A DNA stretch of 64,000 nt from Mobula hypostoma (Eukaryota), in NCBI RefSeq assembly GCF_963921235.1, contig NC_086103.1, positions 106,888,001 through 106,952,000 of the forward strand. The letters run 5' to 3'. The stretch's first letter is position 1; the number at the start of each line of letters is the position of its first letter. A program made the position numbers and the translations under genes. The notes under the pieces were generated by a model. The model saw nothing but the letters and a program-made list of their open reading frames with translations. It was not told where the DNA came from and did not search any database. Below, in pieces: positions 10,711-23,631 of the stretch.

Positions 10711-12315
10711 AGAAGATCCTGACTAGTCATATGAGATCTGGTCCATTAGAGGAAAAAATACTGATGCCATTCTGAGAGAAGCACCAATAAACACTGGATA
10801 GAGACCTCAGGTGATTGGTGGGTTATCCCAATACCTATCCCATTAAGTTTGTTGCAGTTTGGAGTGCACTCCTGTGAGAAGGTCTACACCTCCTGGAACT
10901 CTCTTCTCATATTCCTTGTGTGGTAGAGACCTGTGGCAACATCTCCAGTACCACATTGAAAATCTCTGAACTTAGTCTCACTGTCTCCATATTGAATTGA
11001 GTTGCCATCATGTATTAGACAGTCAGGAAAAGCACATTAAATACACAGCTCTCTCTATAGAAAATCAATATTAGCATTTCAGGTCAACTGTAGGTTGCTG
11101 TTGTCCAGCTAGCAGTTGATCTTATATACCTGTAAGCCAACGGCTGTCAGTACAACCATACTAAATTGGTGATGTTAGCAATGTGACTGTACCGACAGCA
11201 AATTTAAATCACTTTCGCCCATACATCTGTAGAAGTCAGTACTGAAAATTGGCTAAATTATGGCCCACTAATTTGCAAAAGATGTGGAAGGAAAGCTGAA
11301 CAGCACCTTCTAGATGCTGGCAATTAATTTCATATGTCTCAGACTTCAAATGATGCTGTCCCATTAAGTCCATAATAACTGAGTGAGAATACCTACTTGT
11401 GTAAAAATAGCATGACAGTCCCTAGCAGAATTAGGTCTAGAAAATAACAAACATTTTAATACAATCAGTAATGATAAGAAATTTAGACAAAGTTTAGCAA
11501 CTAACATAACAAGTTAATGGATGAAATTAAATAGACCAATTTCAAAGTATTAAGAACCGGTGCAGTGGAGTCAAAGTCTGATAAACCGATTTCTTGAAGA
11601 GGTGAAAAGCTATTCACATGTGGAATGGCAGAGCTAACACTGATCCTGGAGGAACAGCAAGATATTTCAGAAACCACTTAGAGATCAGAGAATTGCAGAT
11701 TCATTGTTAAGTGGATTCTCAACATATGTCTACTTGATGAAAAAAACTGTGGCTGAATTCCAGATTCCATCAAACCATGCAAGGAACATTTAAAATATAT
11801 AGAGAATAGTTCTTATAAAAAGTAAAGTGGATGATTTCCTTGCAAGTAGCAATTTTTGTGTCAAATTACTAATGTGTTAAAAGCTGCAAAAATGGCTTTA
11901 AGGGGGCACATCTTATCAGCTCTCTCCTTCCAAATTCCTGTCTACTTTTAATGTTACATTCTCACCTGATTTAAATTGATTGTTAATAATCATCATTACC
12001 TTAAAAATAAGGTTGACAATTTGTCACATTGACCTGCACAAATAAGCCACCCCTTCTCACAGCGCCAGGTCTCATCTGAGCCGTGAGCTTTGTGTCTCCT
12101 GTACATGAAGAGCAATTTTAAGTGGGCGACTGACAAACATGTAGTGCCTGAGGTTGGACAGAACATTGTGCATATCTTGCCATTTCATTTAGTGCATGTA
12201 GCAAATGCTTATCAATTGGCTTTTTGATGACATTATCTCCTGCTACTGCAAATAACCATACAAATATGTACACCATGTTCAGCTGTTCAGAAGACTCTCA
12301 ATTTAAATGGGATTA

Positions 12316-12470
12316 TCAACTGTCACTGGTTGGTTGCCGATAGAATTCCGCCTGCTGTTGGCAATTTTCCGCATTCTTCCACAGTTGTTTCAGGCTTTTG
12401 AACTCCATGGGCGGGGGCAGTGTGGCAAATTCCAGAGAGGAGCGGCTATTCCTTGGAGGGACAAGCATGA
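12316..12470 (-). CDS. Candidate terminal coding exon of an unidentified host gene
   Basis: Long AG-free pyrimidine tract ending ttctcctag at 12471-12472; phase-1 open frame MLVPPRNSRSSLEFATLPPPMEFKSLKQLWKNAENCQQQAEFYRQPTSDS*; followed by ~1.5 kb with no repeat I recognise, possibly a 3' UTR. Confidence 0.4.
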
Positions 12471-12834
12471 CTAGGAGAATGTGCAGAAGCAGGAGGCACA
12501 AGACATGCCATCAGAAGTGAGAACAGAAGGAGGGGACAGAGCTCTCAGCAGAAGTCAAAGCCTCCTGTGGTAATCTGGCAGCCATTTCACTTCTCGGCTT
12601 GATAACAAACAATGTCTGAAATACTTGCACTTCAAAGTGCCTTCTGTGAAATCAGCTAGTTACTCCATAGTTCTGCCATTTTGAACAAACATCTGTTTCA
12701 TTATATATCAGTTGAGAAGCTGAGAAGGAGGAGTATATCTGGAGGATGAAGACAATGAATACATGTGGTTTTATGACGAAAACATTATACACTGAACAGC
12801 ATCTTTACTTCGGCTGGACATAATAAAGCAGAGA

Positions 12835-13030
12835 GGCAGTGTAAGTGATGAATTTGCTGCAGGTATCCAGCAACCCAAGTTCAGTCCTGAACTCCACTGC
12901 TTTCTGTGCAGAACTTTAACATTCTCTGTGAAGCCTGGCTTCACACCAGCACTCTAGTTTTCCTCCACAACTCAAATGCCCGTCCGTTGTTCAGTTAATT
13001 GGCAACTCTAACTTACTCCTACTGTGTATG
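12835..13030 (+). mobile_element. HE1/V-SINE-like tRNA-derived SINE, degenerate
   Basis: Degenerate tRNA head followed by V-domain-like ctctagttttcctccacaactcaaa..gttaattgg. Confidence 0.55.
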
Positions 13031-13210
13031 TAACTGGCGGAGAACTGGGAGACGTGAGTGCGCATCTGATAGAAAATCGATTAAGGGTAAAGAAATGGGG
13101 AAATAGCTAGTGGGGTGTGAAATGAGGCCTTGAGGTTAGTAGCAGGTTTAAGTTCCTGAGGGTGAGCTGATACAGAATAATGATAGCCAACAATACTGAC
13201 TGTTCAGGGG

Positions 13211-13345
13211 CACACATAAAATGCAGGAGGAACTCAGCAGGCCAGGCTGCATCAATGGAAAAGAGTACAGTCAACATTTCGGGCCGAGAACCTTTGGCAG
13301 GTGTATGTTACTTGGATTTCCAACATCTGCAGACTTTCTCTTGTC
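13211..13345. mobile_element. Penelope terminus with inverted tail
   Basis: aaaatgcaggaggaactcagcaggccagg.. followed by the inverted ggatttccaacatctgcagac; tgactgtt repeated on both flanks. Confidence 0.75.
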
Positions 13346-13790
13346 TGTGACTGTTAAAGAGGACTTGTTTGATGAATGACAGAGGTAGTGAATCTAAGAC
13401 TACTAGTCCATCTGGTTGAAGTTGGCATAGTAAGGAAGATTCCCTACCTTAATAACTTAAGGTCATTGAATGATTTAAAGTATTAGTCTCAGAACAACAG
13501 CCTTGGTACTGATCTCCAAAGCTACCTGTCACTGCCATATTATCATAGTTCTACACAACTGTGTAGTCCCACTACCAATAAAGTCATCTATCACCCTTTC
13601 CATTTCCTCCACCATGACTTTCTGTGTGAAGTGAAAAGGTTTCACTGTCTCCAGAAGACATCTATTACTGATCGTTGTTTTGACTAGCACAGCAATAACA
13701 GCACAGCCTTCCTTTAAGAGGCTGAAACTGAAATGGTAGCAGAAAATACTTCCACTGATGTCTACAGTCATAAACAGCAACTGAATGTAT

Positions 13791-14255
13791 AAAACATAGA
13801 AAACATAGAAAACCTACAGCACAATACAGGCCCTTCGGCCCACGAAGCTGTGCCGAACATGTCCTTACCTGAGAAATTACCGAGGATTACCCACAGCCCT
13901 CTATTTTTCTGAGCTCCGTGTACCTGTCCAGGAGTCCCTTAAAAGGCCCTATCGTATCCGCCTCCACCACCGTCGCCGGCAGCCCATTCCACACACTCAC
14001 CACTGTCTGCGTAAAAGACATACCCCTGATATCTCCTCTGTGCCTACTTCCAAGCACCTTATAACTGTGCCTTCTCGTGCTAGCCACTTCAGCCCTAGGA
14101 AAAAGCCTCTGACTATCCACACGATTAATGTCTCCCATCAACTTATACACCTCCATGAAGTCACCTCTCATCCTCCAAGGGAAAAAGGCCGAGTTCACTC
14201 AACCTATTCTCATAAGGCATGCTCCCCAATCCAGGCAACATCTTCTGCACCCTTT
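13791..14255 (-). mobile_element. CR1 LINE 3' fragment
   Basis: Reverse-strand near-copy of 8045-8520 with a (tttctatg)n tail. Confidence 0.95.
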
Positions 14256-14779
14256 CTATGCCATAAATTCCATTAATAGACAGGCAGCAAAGAATATTTC
14301 CACATGTTAATAAAACACTTACCAATTCCATCATATAGAACAAGGAATATTGTTCTTTTCAATTATTTTTCTGGGCAATTACACTTGTATCAATTTTTGA
14401 AAAATTGATCCAGCTCTAAAGCAAGGTTCTTTTGCCAACTGAAAATCCAAATACAAAAGATACAGATTATCATAATCTGCCGAGTCTTCTAACAAATACA
14501 CAGTCTCCCTCCAGGACTACTTGGAGCTGCTTAAACATTATGAACACAAATCAAGTTTTTGCCTTGGGGTCTCAGTTGTGTGCCCAGGACTTACTTTACT
14601 AAGTTGTTACATTGGCAACTCTTTTTATGTTATTTCATTTCTTTAGTCCTGGGGTGATGTTGTTTTCACTTTCCTTAATGGCGTAGTCCATTACACAAAC
14701 AATAAATAATTACATTATGCTTGGTCAGTATTGGCATTTTTATCACTTCAGTGTGTTAGCTGTGACTTACATTTGTGTT

Positions 14780-15000
14780 GGGCACGTGGCCAAGTGGTTA
14801 AGGTGTTCGTCTTGTTATCTCAAGGTTGTTAGTTCGAGCCTCAGCTGTGGCAGTGAGTTTGTGCCCTTGAGCAAGGCACTTAATCACATATTGCTCTAGT
14901 CTGTGCGAGAAGTGGCGCCCCACACAGACTTCCAACCTGCGCCATGTAAGGCATGAAAATGCCCGACGCAGACCTCTCATGGTCTGAGTCGACGTTCCCC
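14780..15000 (+). mobile_element. tRNA-derived SINE with CORE-like centre and RTE-like tail
   Basis: A box tggccaagtgg, B box gttcgagcc, central gtgcccttgagcaaggcacttaa, tail catggtctgagtcgac; tacattt on both flanks. Confidence 0.7.
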
Positions 15001-15039
15001 CTACATTTACTCTAATATAGAAGTTGTGGATTTAAGTTT

Positions 15040-15260
15040 TACACCAGAGATCTGAACACAGAAATCTTGGCTGATAGGCCATGGTGGGAGTGTTGTTTTA
15101 TCAGAGGTTCCATCCTTCACGTGGGTTATTAAGCCAAAGCCCCATTCAGTTCCTCAGATGCAAAGAAAACATCCTCGGCTCTGTATCGAAGGTGAGCAGG
15201 AATATTCTGCGTCCGGGTTAATATTTATCCATTGGTCAGCATTTCTAAAATAAATTAAAA
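15040..15260 (+). mobile_element. Ancient Deu-domain (AmnSINE1/SacSINE1-like) SINE remnant
   Basis: Degenerate match to the remembered Deu consensus (gaagagcagg..ttct..gtcc.gg..aatatttatcc). Confidence 0.5.
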
Positions 15261-16009
15261 CTTTTTCATGCAAGATACTATTCCTTTTCACCACATGGCA
15301 GAATTTATCAAGAATTGCACTGCTTAACATAACTGGATACTCAGTGTACCAGGAGCATTTTTCAAGAGTTTTCTTTGAAATCGGTCACATGCACACTCCT
15401 GGCATGAGCGACGGTGAATTATGATGAACGCACAGTTTGTATGTAACTTGTTTATGCAAAGTTGTTTTGTAAATACCTTCCACTAAAACAGTCCCTAAAA
15501 TATCTAGTGCTTGTTTATTTCAGGATTAGTTAAAGATATCCAAAATCACCTGGACATTGTCAGAATGTCTGAAGCATCCACTTTAAGTGCTTTTTATAGG
15601 GATTGTTCCCAACCAGTTCTTCACTGACAACATTTGCAGTTTATCTTTCCCACCCTAATTATCTTCTTGACTTTCTTCATCCACGATCACAACTCTTAAC
15701 CAAGCCTCAACCGATGCAGATCCTAACCAGATTGGGTATCCAAATTACCAATCCAAAATGATCATCCCATGATCCTTTCCATCAATTGTGGTCTTCCTCA
15801 TTACCCTTATAATTTCTCTCTATCACTCCTGTCATCGTCTCCACCACCTCATTCTCTATCCTAGTCCTCTGGACACCACATTATGCTCTTGACCCTCTGG
15901 TCCTTCTATTTCTTTCTCTCTCCCCTCGTATTGATCCCAACGTATCAATGGAGCTATAAAGAAGGAAAGACAGTGGCTATATTTCATGAGGAGTATGAGA
16001 AGATTTTTT

Positions 16010-16566
16010 TGTCACCAAAAACTCTAGCAAATTTCTAGACATGTACCATGGAGAGCATTTTAATCGCCTGCATCATTGTCTGGTATGGCGGGGGGGTTGT
16101 TACTGCACAGGATTTAAGTAAGCTGCAGAGGATTGAAAGATTAGTCAGCTCCATCATGGGCACTGGCCTCCGTGGTATCCAGGACATCTTCAAGGAGTGG
16201 AACCTCAGAAAGGCAGCGTCCATCATTAAGGATCTCCATCACCCAGGACATGCCCTCTTCTCATTGCCACCATCAGGAAGGAGGTACAGGAGCCTGAAAA
16301 CACACATTCAATGATTCAGGAACAGCTTCTTCCCCTCTGCCATCCGATTTCGAAATGGACAGTGAAACCAAGAACGCTACTTCACTACTTTTTTCCCCCT
16401 TTTTTTGCACTGCTTATTTAATATAAATATTTAATAAATATACTTACTGAATTCAGTTTTTTTTCATATTATAAAGTATTGCATTGTACTGCAATACTTT
16501 ATAATATGAAATTTTTAAAATTTCACAACGTATGCAAGTGATATTAAACCTGACTCTGATTCTGAT
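16010..16566 (+). mobile_element. Rex/Babar-type LINE 3' fragment
   Basis: ESILIACIIVWYG..HPGHALFSLPPSGRRYRS; (gattct)n tail. Confidence 0.9.
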
Positions 16567-16811
16567 TTTTACAATTGGCCGTTGATGGATTTCTTCCATA
16601 ACCTTCACTGTGGCAGGATCTGAGAGAAGAAATCCTTGTATTCAATGGAATAAAGTTTCTGGAACAGTCTCACACTTAGCAATTTACAGAGCATGCTGTA
16701 TACCAGTTGGCCGAAAAATTTCCTTCATTACCACAGTTATGACATCACTCCCTGGCTAAACAAAAGTAAGTTGTGAGATCCACAGAATCAAAGAGCACAG
16801 AAACAAGCCCT

Positions 16812-17045
16812 TTCAAAGATTCAAAGTGCATTTATTATCAAAGAATGTGTAAATAAGGCAACCTTGAGATTGCCTTGCTTAACAGGCAGTTCCAAAGCAA
16901 AACCAATATTAAAAAAATAAGACCAACCCCCTAGTGCCCATAAAGAAAAATCAAAACAAAACAAATCATGCAAGCAATAGAAGCGAGCAACAACAACAGC
17001 ATTCTGAACCAAACTGAGCCCTTAGATCCAAATCCCTGGAGCAGC
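16812..17045 (-). mobile_element. Non-autonomous retroposon 3' fragment with (ttgaa)-type tail
   Basis: Minus-strand tail ctttgataataaatgcactttgaatctttgaa, shared with 40480-40686 and 61890-62212. Confidence 0.6.
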
Positions 17046-17107
17046 CTCTCACCGTAAACCTCCAGTGATTGCCCCCCCTTCTTCATTCTCTATTCCCATT
17101 TCCCCAA

Positions 17108-18864
17108 GGCATTCTTCAATTATGTGAAGAACAAAAGGATGACAGGAATGAAGGTAGGACCGATTTGAGATAAAGGTGGGAAGATGTGTCTGGAGGCTGT
17201 GGAAGTGAGCGAGGTCCTCAATAAGTACTTCCCGTCGGTATTCATTAATGAGGGAACTTGATGACGGTGAGGACAATATGAGTGAGGTTGATGTTCTTGA
17301 GCATGTAAAATACATTAGGACGGATGAGTCCCTGGAGCCTGACGGAATATTCCCCAGGCTGCTCCACGAGGCGAGGGAAGAGATTGCTAAGCCTCTGGCT
17401 AGGATCTTTACGTCCTTGTTGTCCACGGGAATGGTACCGGAGGATTGAAGGGAGGCGAATATTGTCCCCTTGTTCAAAAAAGGTAGTAGAGATAGTCCAG
17501 GTAATTATAGACCAGTGAGCCTTATGTCTGTGGTGGGAAAGCTGCTGGAAAAGATTCATAGAGATAGGATCTATGGGCATTTAGAGAATCATGGTCTGAT
17601 CAGCGGCAGTCAGCCTGGCTTTGTGAAGGGCAGATTGTGTCTAACAAGCCTGATAGAGACCTTTGAGAAGGTGACCAGGCATATAGATGAGGGTAGTGCA
17701 GTGGATGTGATCCACATGGATTTTAGTAAGGCATTTGACAAGGTTCCACACGGTAGGCTTGTTCAGAAAGTCAGAAGGCATGGGATCCAGGGAAGTTTGG
17801 CCAGGTGGATTCAGAATTGGCTTGCCTGCAGAAGGCAGAGGGTCATGGTGGAGGGAGTACATTCAGACTGGAGGATTGTGACTAGTGGTGTCCTACAAAG
17901 ATCTGTTCTGGGACCTTTACTTTTCATGATTTTTTATTAACAACCTGGATGTGGGGGTAGAAGGGTGGGTTGGCAAGCTTGCAGATGACACAAAGGTTGA
18001 TGGTGTTGTGGATAGTCTGGAGGATTGTCAAAGATTGCAGAGAGACATTGATAGGAGGCAGAAGTGGGCTGAGAAGTGGCAGATGGAGTTCAACCTGGAG
18101 AAGTGTGAGGTGGTACACTTTGGAAGGACAAACTCCAAGGCAGAGTACAAAGTAAATGGCAGGGTACTTGGTAGTGTGGAGGAGCAGAAGGATCTGGGGG
18201 TACATGTCCACAGATTTCTGAAAGTTGCCTCACAGGTAGATAGGGTAGTTAAGAAAGCTTATGGGGTGTTAGCTTTCATAAGTTGAGGGATAGAGTTTAA
18301 GAGTCGCGATGTAATGATGCAGCTCTATAAAACTCTGGTTAGGCTACACTTGGAGTACTGTGTCCAGTTCTGGTCGCCTCACTATAGGAAGGATGTGGAA
18401 GCATTGGAAAGGGTACAGAGGAGATTTACCAGGATGCTTCCTGGCTTTGAGAGTATGGATTATGATCAGAGATTAAGGGAGCTAGGGCTTTAGTCTTTGG
18501 AGAGGATGAGGATGAGAGGAGACATGATAGAGATATACAAGATATTAAGAGGAATAGATAGAGTGGATAGCCAGCGCCTCTTCCTCAGGGCACCACTGCT
18601 GAATACAAGAGGACATGGCATAAGGTAAGGGGTGGGAAGTTCAAGGGGGTTATTAGAGGAAGGTTTTTTACTCAGAGAGTGGTTGGTACATGGAATGCAC
18701 TGCCTGAGTCAGTGGTGGAGGAAGATACACTAGTGAAATTTAAGAGACTACTGGACAGGTATATGGAGGAATTTAAGGTGGGGTGTTATATGGGAGGCAG
18801 GGTTTGAGGGTCGGCACAACATTACGGACCAAAGGGCCTGTACTGTGCTGTACTGTTCTATGTT
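17108..18864 (+). mobile_element. CR1 LINE, 5'-truncated ORF2 (RT)
   Basis: PGNYRPVSL, DFSKAFDKVPH, LADDTKVDG; frameshifts present; ttctatg tail. Confidence 0.97.
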
Positions 18865-19950
18865 CCACTGTACAATTGAAAACTGTCCATCAGTTTCAAA
18901 GAAAATACCACATTATTCAACTTTCTCAGGTATAACACTTGAAGTTTCATGTACTTTAATCATCTATTCATGCATGTGAGGCATTTCAAAAAAGCTTTCA
19001 AATAGGTGTGTTTTCCAAATTTTAGCATGCTTTACATTAATATCATAAACATGCATTTAAAGAAGCCAGTTATCTGGATAAAGTCTTTGCAAGGATAAAC
19101 TTAAAGGATTAAGATCAGTAAGTAAATTGCAATCCTTAAAAATGGGGAAGATCTGTGTACTTTTGTACTTACGGATGTAACTTTCTTAATCCCAGTACTT
19201 TTGGCTACCTTTCAGTTTGGCAACCAGTTGTGTCGTGCAAACACACAGGAAATTACAGACCCAAGGATTATTTAATTCTCATAAGAAGCTTAATTACAAT
19301 GAAAAGTAGGGTCTTTTTAACTTTCCAAGTCTAATCTTAATCTTCCAGCTTGTATGCTGTTTAGCAACGAATATATAACATCACATTTACTTGCAATTGT
19401 TTGGCATATATTAGCATTTGTAAAATTCTTATTTCTTGCTCATAGAGAATTCTTTTTCTAACACTGCCGAGAATCACAATTTTATAGAGTAGTACTTCCA
19501 ACAGAGAAAATATTTAAGCTAATGATTAGCATGATTTTAGAAGTAACAAGTCAAATTTCATGAATCTTTAGAAATTCTTTAAGCCGTTAACTAAAGAAGG
19601 GGCTTTCTGATCTATAATATGTCTAAGAGGTAGGAATTGGAGTAACCTGTTCCACTGTTTTGGTACACTCCACCAATGAATATTTGATTGGTACTTCCAC
19701 CTGTATTCCCAGTGACCCAGCTTCACTGATACTATTTGTGAACAGCTTGGAAATGTGGGTAACTTCAAATTAATGGGCAATGGAGAGAAACTTCCAGGGT
19801 TCTTGGGAGTGAGCTCACCAACTTAGATTAAAAAAAAGTAGATGATTATTTTGCTTTATCTTCATTATATTTTATTCCTAGTTTTGGGTTCTGAGAGCAA
19901 CTCCTCATTTTCTGTGAGCATCACTTCATATGTGTCTTGGTGAATTGAAT

Positions 19951-21497
19951 CATAAGACCATAAAGCAGAATTCAGCCGTTCAGTCCAACAAATCTTCTTT
20001 GCCATTCCATCATGGCTGATTTACTATCCTCTCAACCCCATTTTCCTGCCTTCTCCCGGTAACCTTTGACATTCTTATTAATCAAGAACCTATCGATCTT
20101 TACTTTGAGTATATCCAGTGACTTAGTCTCCACAACCATCCGTGGCAACAAATTCCACAGATTCACCATCATCTGGCTAAGGAAATCCCTCTGCTTCTTT
20201 TTCTAAGGGGATATCTGTCCATTTAGAGGCTGTGCCCACTGGTACTAGACTCCCCGACTAATGGAAACATACACTCCACATCCATTCTAGCTAGGACTTT
20301 CAATATTCTATAGGATTCATTGAAATCCCCACTAGTTCTTTTAAACTCTCGTGAGGATAGGCCCAGAGTTATCAAATGAAAGTTATATATTAACCGTTTC
20401 ATTTCCATGATATTTCTTCTGAACCTCCTATGGACCCTCTCAAATCCCAGCACATGCTTTCTTAGCTAAGGGGCACAAAACTGCTCACAATACTCTAAGT
20501 GTGTTCTAACCAATGTCTTATAAAACCTCAGCGTTACGTTCTTGCTTTTATATTCTAGTCCTTTTAAATTGAATGCAAACATCACATTTGCTTTCTTTAC
20601 CACTATCTCAATCTGCAAGTTACCCATAGGGCAATCCTGCCCAAGGACACCCAAATTTCTTTGCACCTCTGCTTTCTGAATTTGCTCCCCATTTAAACAA
20701 TAGACTACATATTTACTCCTTTTACCACAGTACATGAACATACACTTCCCTACACTACATTCCATCTGCCACATCTTTTCTCAGTCTCCAAACCCGTCTA
20801 AGTTCTTCTGCAGACTTCTTACCTCCTCAACATTACTTACTCCTCCATCTAATCTTTCTATCAACTGCAAACTTGTCCACAAAGCCATCAATTTCATCAT
20901 CCAAATCATTGACATATAACGTAAAAGGAAGAGGTCCCAACACCAACCCCTATGGAACACCATTAGTCACCAGCAGTCCACCAGAAGAGGCTCCTTTTAT
21001 TCCCATTCTTTGCCTCCAGCTAGTCAGTGAATCTTCAAACCATGTTAGTATCTTTCATGTAACACCATGGGGTCTTACCTTCCTAAGCAGCATCATGTTC
21101 TGTACCTTATCAAAGGCCTTCTGAGAATCCAAATAAACAACATCCACTGACTGTCCCTTATCTATCAAATCTGTTATTTCCTCAAATTTCCAATAGATTT
21201 GTCAGGCAACATTTTCTCTTAAGGAAATAATGCTGACTTTGGGCTATTTTATCTTGTGCCTCCAAGTACCCCAAAACCACATCTTTAAAAGTGGAATCTT
21301 AACAACTGATCAACCACTGAAGTCAGGCTAACAGGCCTATAATTTTCTGCCATTTGCCTTCCCATTTTCTTTGAAAGTGGAGTGACATTTACAATTATCC
21401 AGTCTTCCTGAACTACTGCAGAGTCTAATGTTTCTCGGAAGATCGCCACTAATACTGCCACAATCTCTTAAGCTACCTCTTCGAAAATCCTGGTCCA
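19951..21497 (-). mobile_element. CR1 LINE ORF2 fragment, degenerate
   Basis: WQMECSVGKC, LVRTHLEYCEQF and KAFDKV remnants; tatggtctta tail. Confidence 0.92.
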
Positions 21498-21984
21498 GTT
21501 ATCATGTGTATGAGAATACCCATGCATGCAGAAGTTGCTTGCTGGGAATATGCAAGGCAGATGTATCATAGGCAGTCACAGGGAGAACATACAATCTCCT
21601 TACAGACAGCGGCAGAATTGAACGCGGTGCACTGTTGCTGTGGTAACGTTATGCCAAATCCACAAACCCCACAAGCACAATTGCCTCAGCCATCACTGTT
21701 TATAGGACTTGTCTACATCATTGGAGATCAATTGTTGATTCATTTTTATATATTGTTAATGTTTCTATCAGCATTTGTTTCTTCATGCACTGAAGTGTCA
21801 ATGCTGCTAAAAGACTAGCTGAACTGGTGTGCTGATGCCAAAGAAATTTATTTCAGTTACAAGCTTCAGCACATGTTGGTTGCTCCATGCTATGTGTGTA
21901 TGAGTAGATATACTTTAGAATAATATGTAGATTAAGCATGAAGCGGGACTATGGAATTGGGCAGTTTTTTTTTCTCCTCTTAGG

Positions 21985-22262
21985 TTGCATGAGACTAGAA
22001 CTAGAGATGATAGGCTTAGGGTGAGAGGTGAAATATTTCAGGGCAAGCTGAGAGGTAACTTCTTCGCTCAGAGCATGGTATGAGCGTGCATGAGCTGGCA
22101 TTGGAAGAGGTAGATATGGGTTCAGTAGGAGCACTGTAGAAGTTTGGATAGGTACATGAATGAGAGAGGTATGGAGGTCTATGAACCGGGTCAGGTACTG
22201 TATAGGAGACTAGGCAAAGGGCCTAGATGGAGCAAAGGGCCTGCCTCTGTGCTACAGTGCTC
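21985..22262 (+). mobile_element. CR1 3' end, old
   Basis: ctagaactagagatgataggcttagggtgagagg..ggataggtacatg..aaagggcctg. Confidence 0.75.
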
Positions 22263-23284
22263 GATAAGTAACCAGGGGAGAGAACAGGAGAGGTCACGCT
22301 TCTCATACTGTATGGAGGTGACATGCAGAGGAAATATTCGGTGAGGTATTCATGACCCTGTACCACAATGGAAATTGCTGTAGGAGTCATTTCCTCTTCA
22401 ATAGGACATACTGAAATATCTCACTGCTGCAGTTTTATAATAGGGTAAGGCATGTGTTCCCAGTTGTTGTTAAGGTGACCATGACCATCTATAATACATC
22501 AGGTTATTTCTCACCTGGAATTATAACTGCATACAATATCTCACAGGCTGAACACCATGGCTGTGTACGAGCACATTGAAACGATCTTTTCAAAAAGCAC
22601 TGATCACATTTCATTCTTCCACGTTTTTTTTAGAGGATAGCTGGTAGAATGAAGACACAGTTTTACAAGGGTTGCAGGCTTTTGCATGGTGTTCGGTGAC
22701 ATACTACAATACATGGGCTGCATGTCAAGTCTGAGATGTACAGAAACCAAATATAATTCCACTCCTCCTTCATCTAGCAATGCATAATGCATCAGGTCAG
22801 TACCTGCACAGTATCTTCGTGCAGTCACAATATCTTCATTCAGTCTGCTGTGATATCTTCATCTCAACAACCACAACAACACTGACACCGAGAGCACAGA
22901 CCAAGACTTCAGTGCAACACCTACACAAACGGGAGCAGTATGCAAACATCTGCGATTATTCTGACCTCAAACTCTAAGGGAGCTGATCAGCAATGTGTCA
23001 AAACAGCACTTCTGCTGACTAGTTCAGCTAAGGAGGAGGAGCATTGCTGTACTTGACAGAGCAGCTCTCAAGGTTTCTCGTGGTCAGCTGGATGCTGGAC
23101 AAATTTGCTCTCCTGGGGGTATAGTAACTTACTTTGTATCCATCACAAGCAGGTCGGGATCAGTGTAGTAAAAAGGGAGAGACTGTAGACAGGCTGTAAT
23201 GGGCTAGGTTATCTTTGAGGATCCCTCCGATAACAGTACTTGTGTAAACAAACATACTGTTCCATTACAAACATACTGTCTCTC

Positions 23285-23631
23285 TGTTGCAAGGACGTGG
23301 CTGGGAACGAACCCAAGTGCAAGGCACAGATGCTGAGGCAGAGTCGTTAGGTGTAGCACCTCCGCGAACGGGGAGCCGATATCCAGGAGATGATGCGAAG
23401 CTTAGAACTAACAGTTCTCAGGAATAGGAAACAAGGTTTACTCTCACAAGAGTCGACCAACGAACTGGCGGCTTCTTGCTGTGGTCACAGGGTTTTTATC
23501 CTGCCGTTTGATGGGAAGCAGGTCCGTGTAGTTAGTGATACCTGGGAATGACTGGAGTCTAAATGAGGTGATCAAGGCCCAAATCTTGAGGCAAATGGCA
23601 AGGTGGGGGATTGCCAGATGGAACCATGACA
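23285..23631 (-). mobile_element. Solo LTR related to the sushi-like element at 56100-58226
   Basis: TG...CA ends; 5-bp TSD ctctc (23280-23284, 23632-23636); both ends homologous to 57210-58226 (gtggctgggaac..acccaagtgc; accatgaca). Confidence 0.85.

Noticed and set aside
14780-14850. Possible tRNA gene
   Set aside because: The A/B boxes run into a SINE body and no clean acceptor stem forms; it is a SINE head.
19620-19730. Possible minus-strand exon (ISEAGSLGIQVEVP..)
   Set aside because: Weak acceptor, short frame and no recognisable homology.
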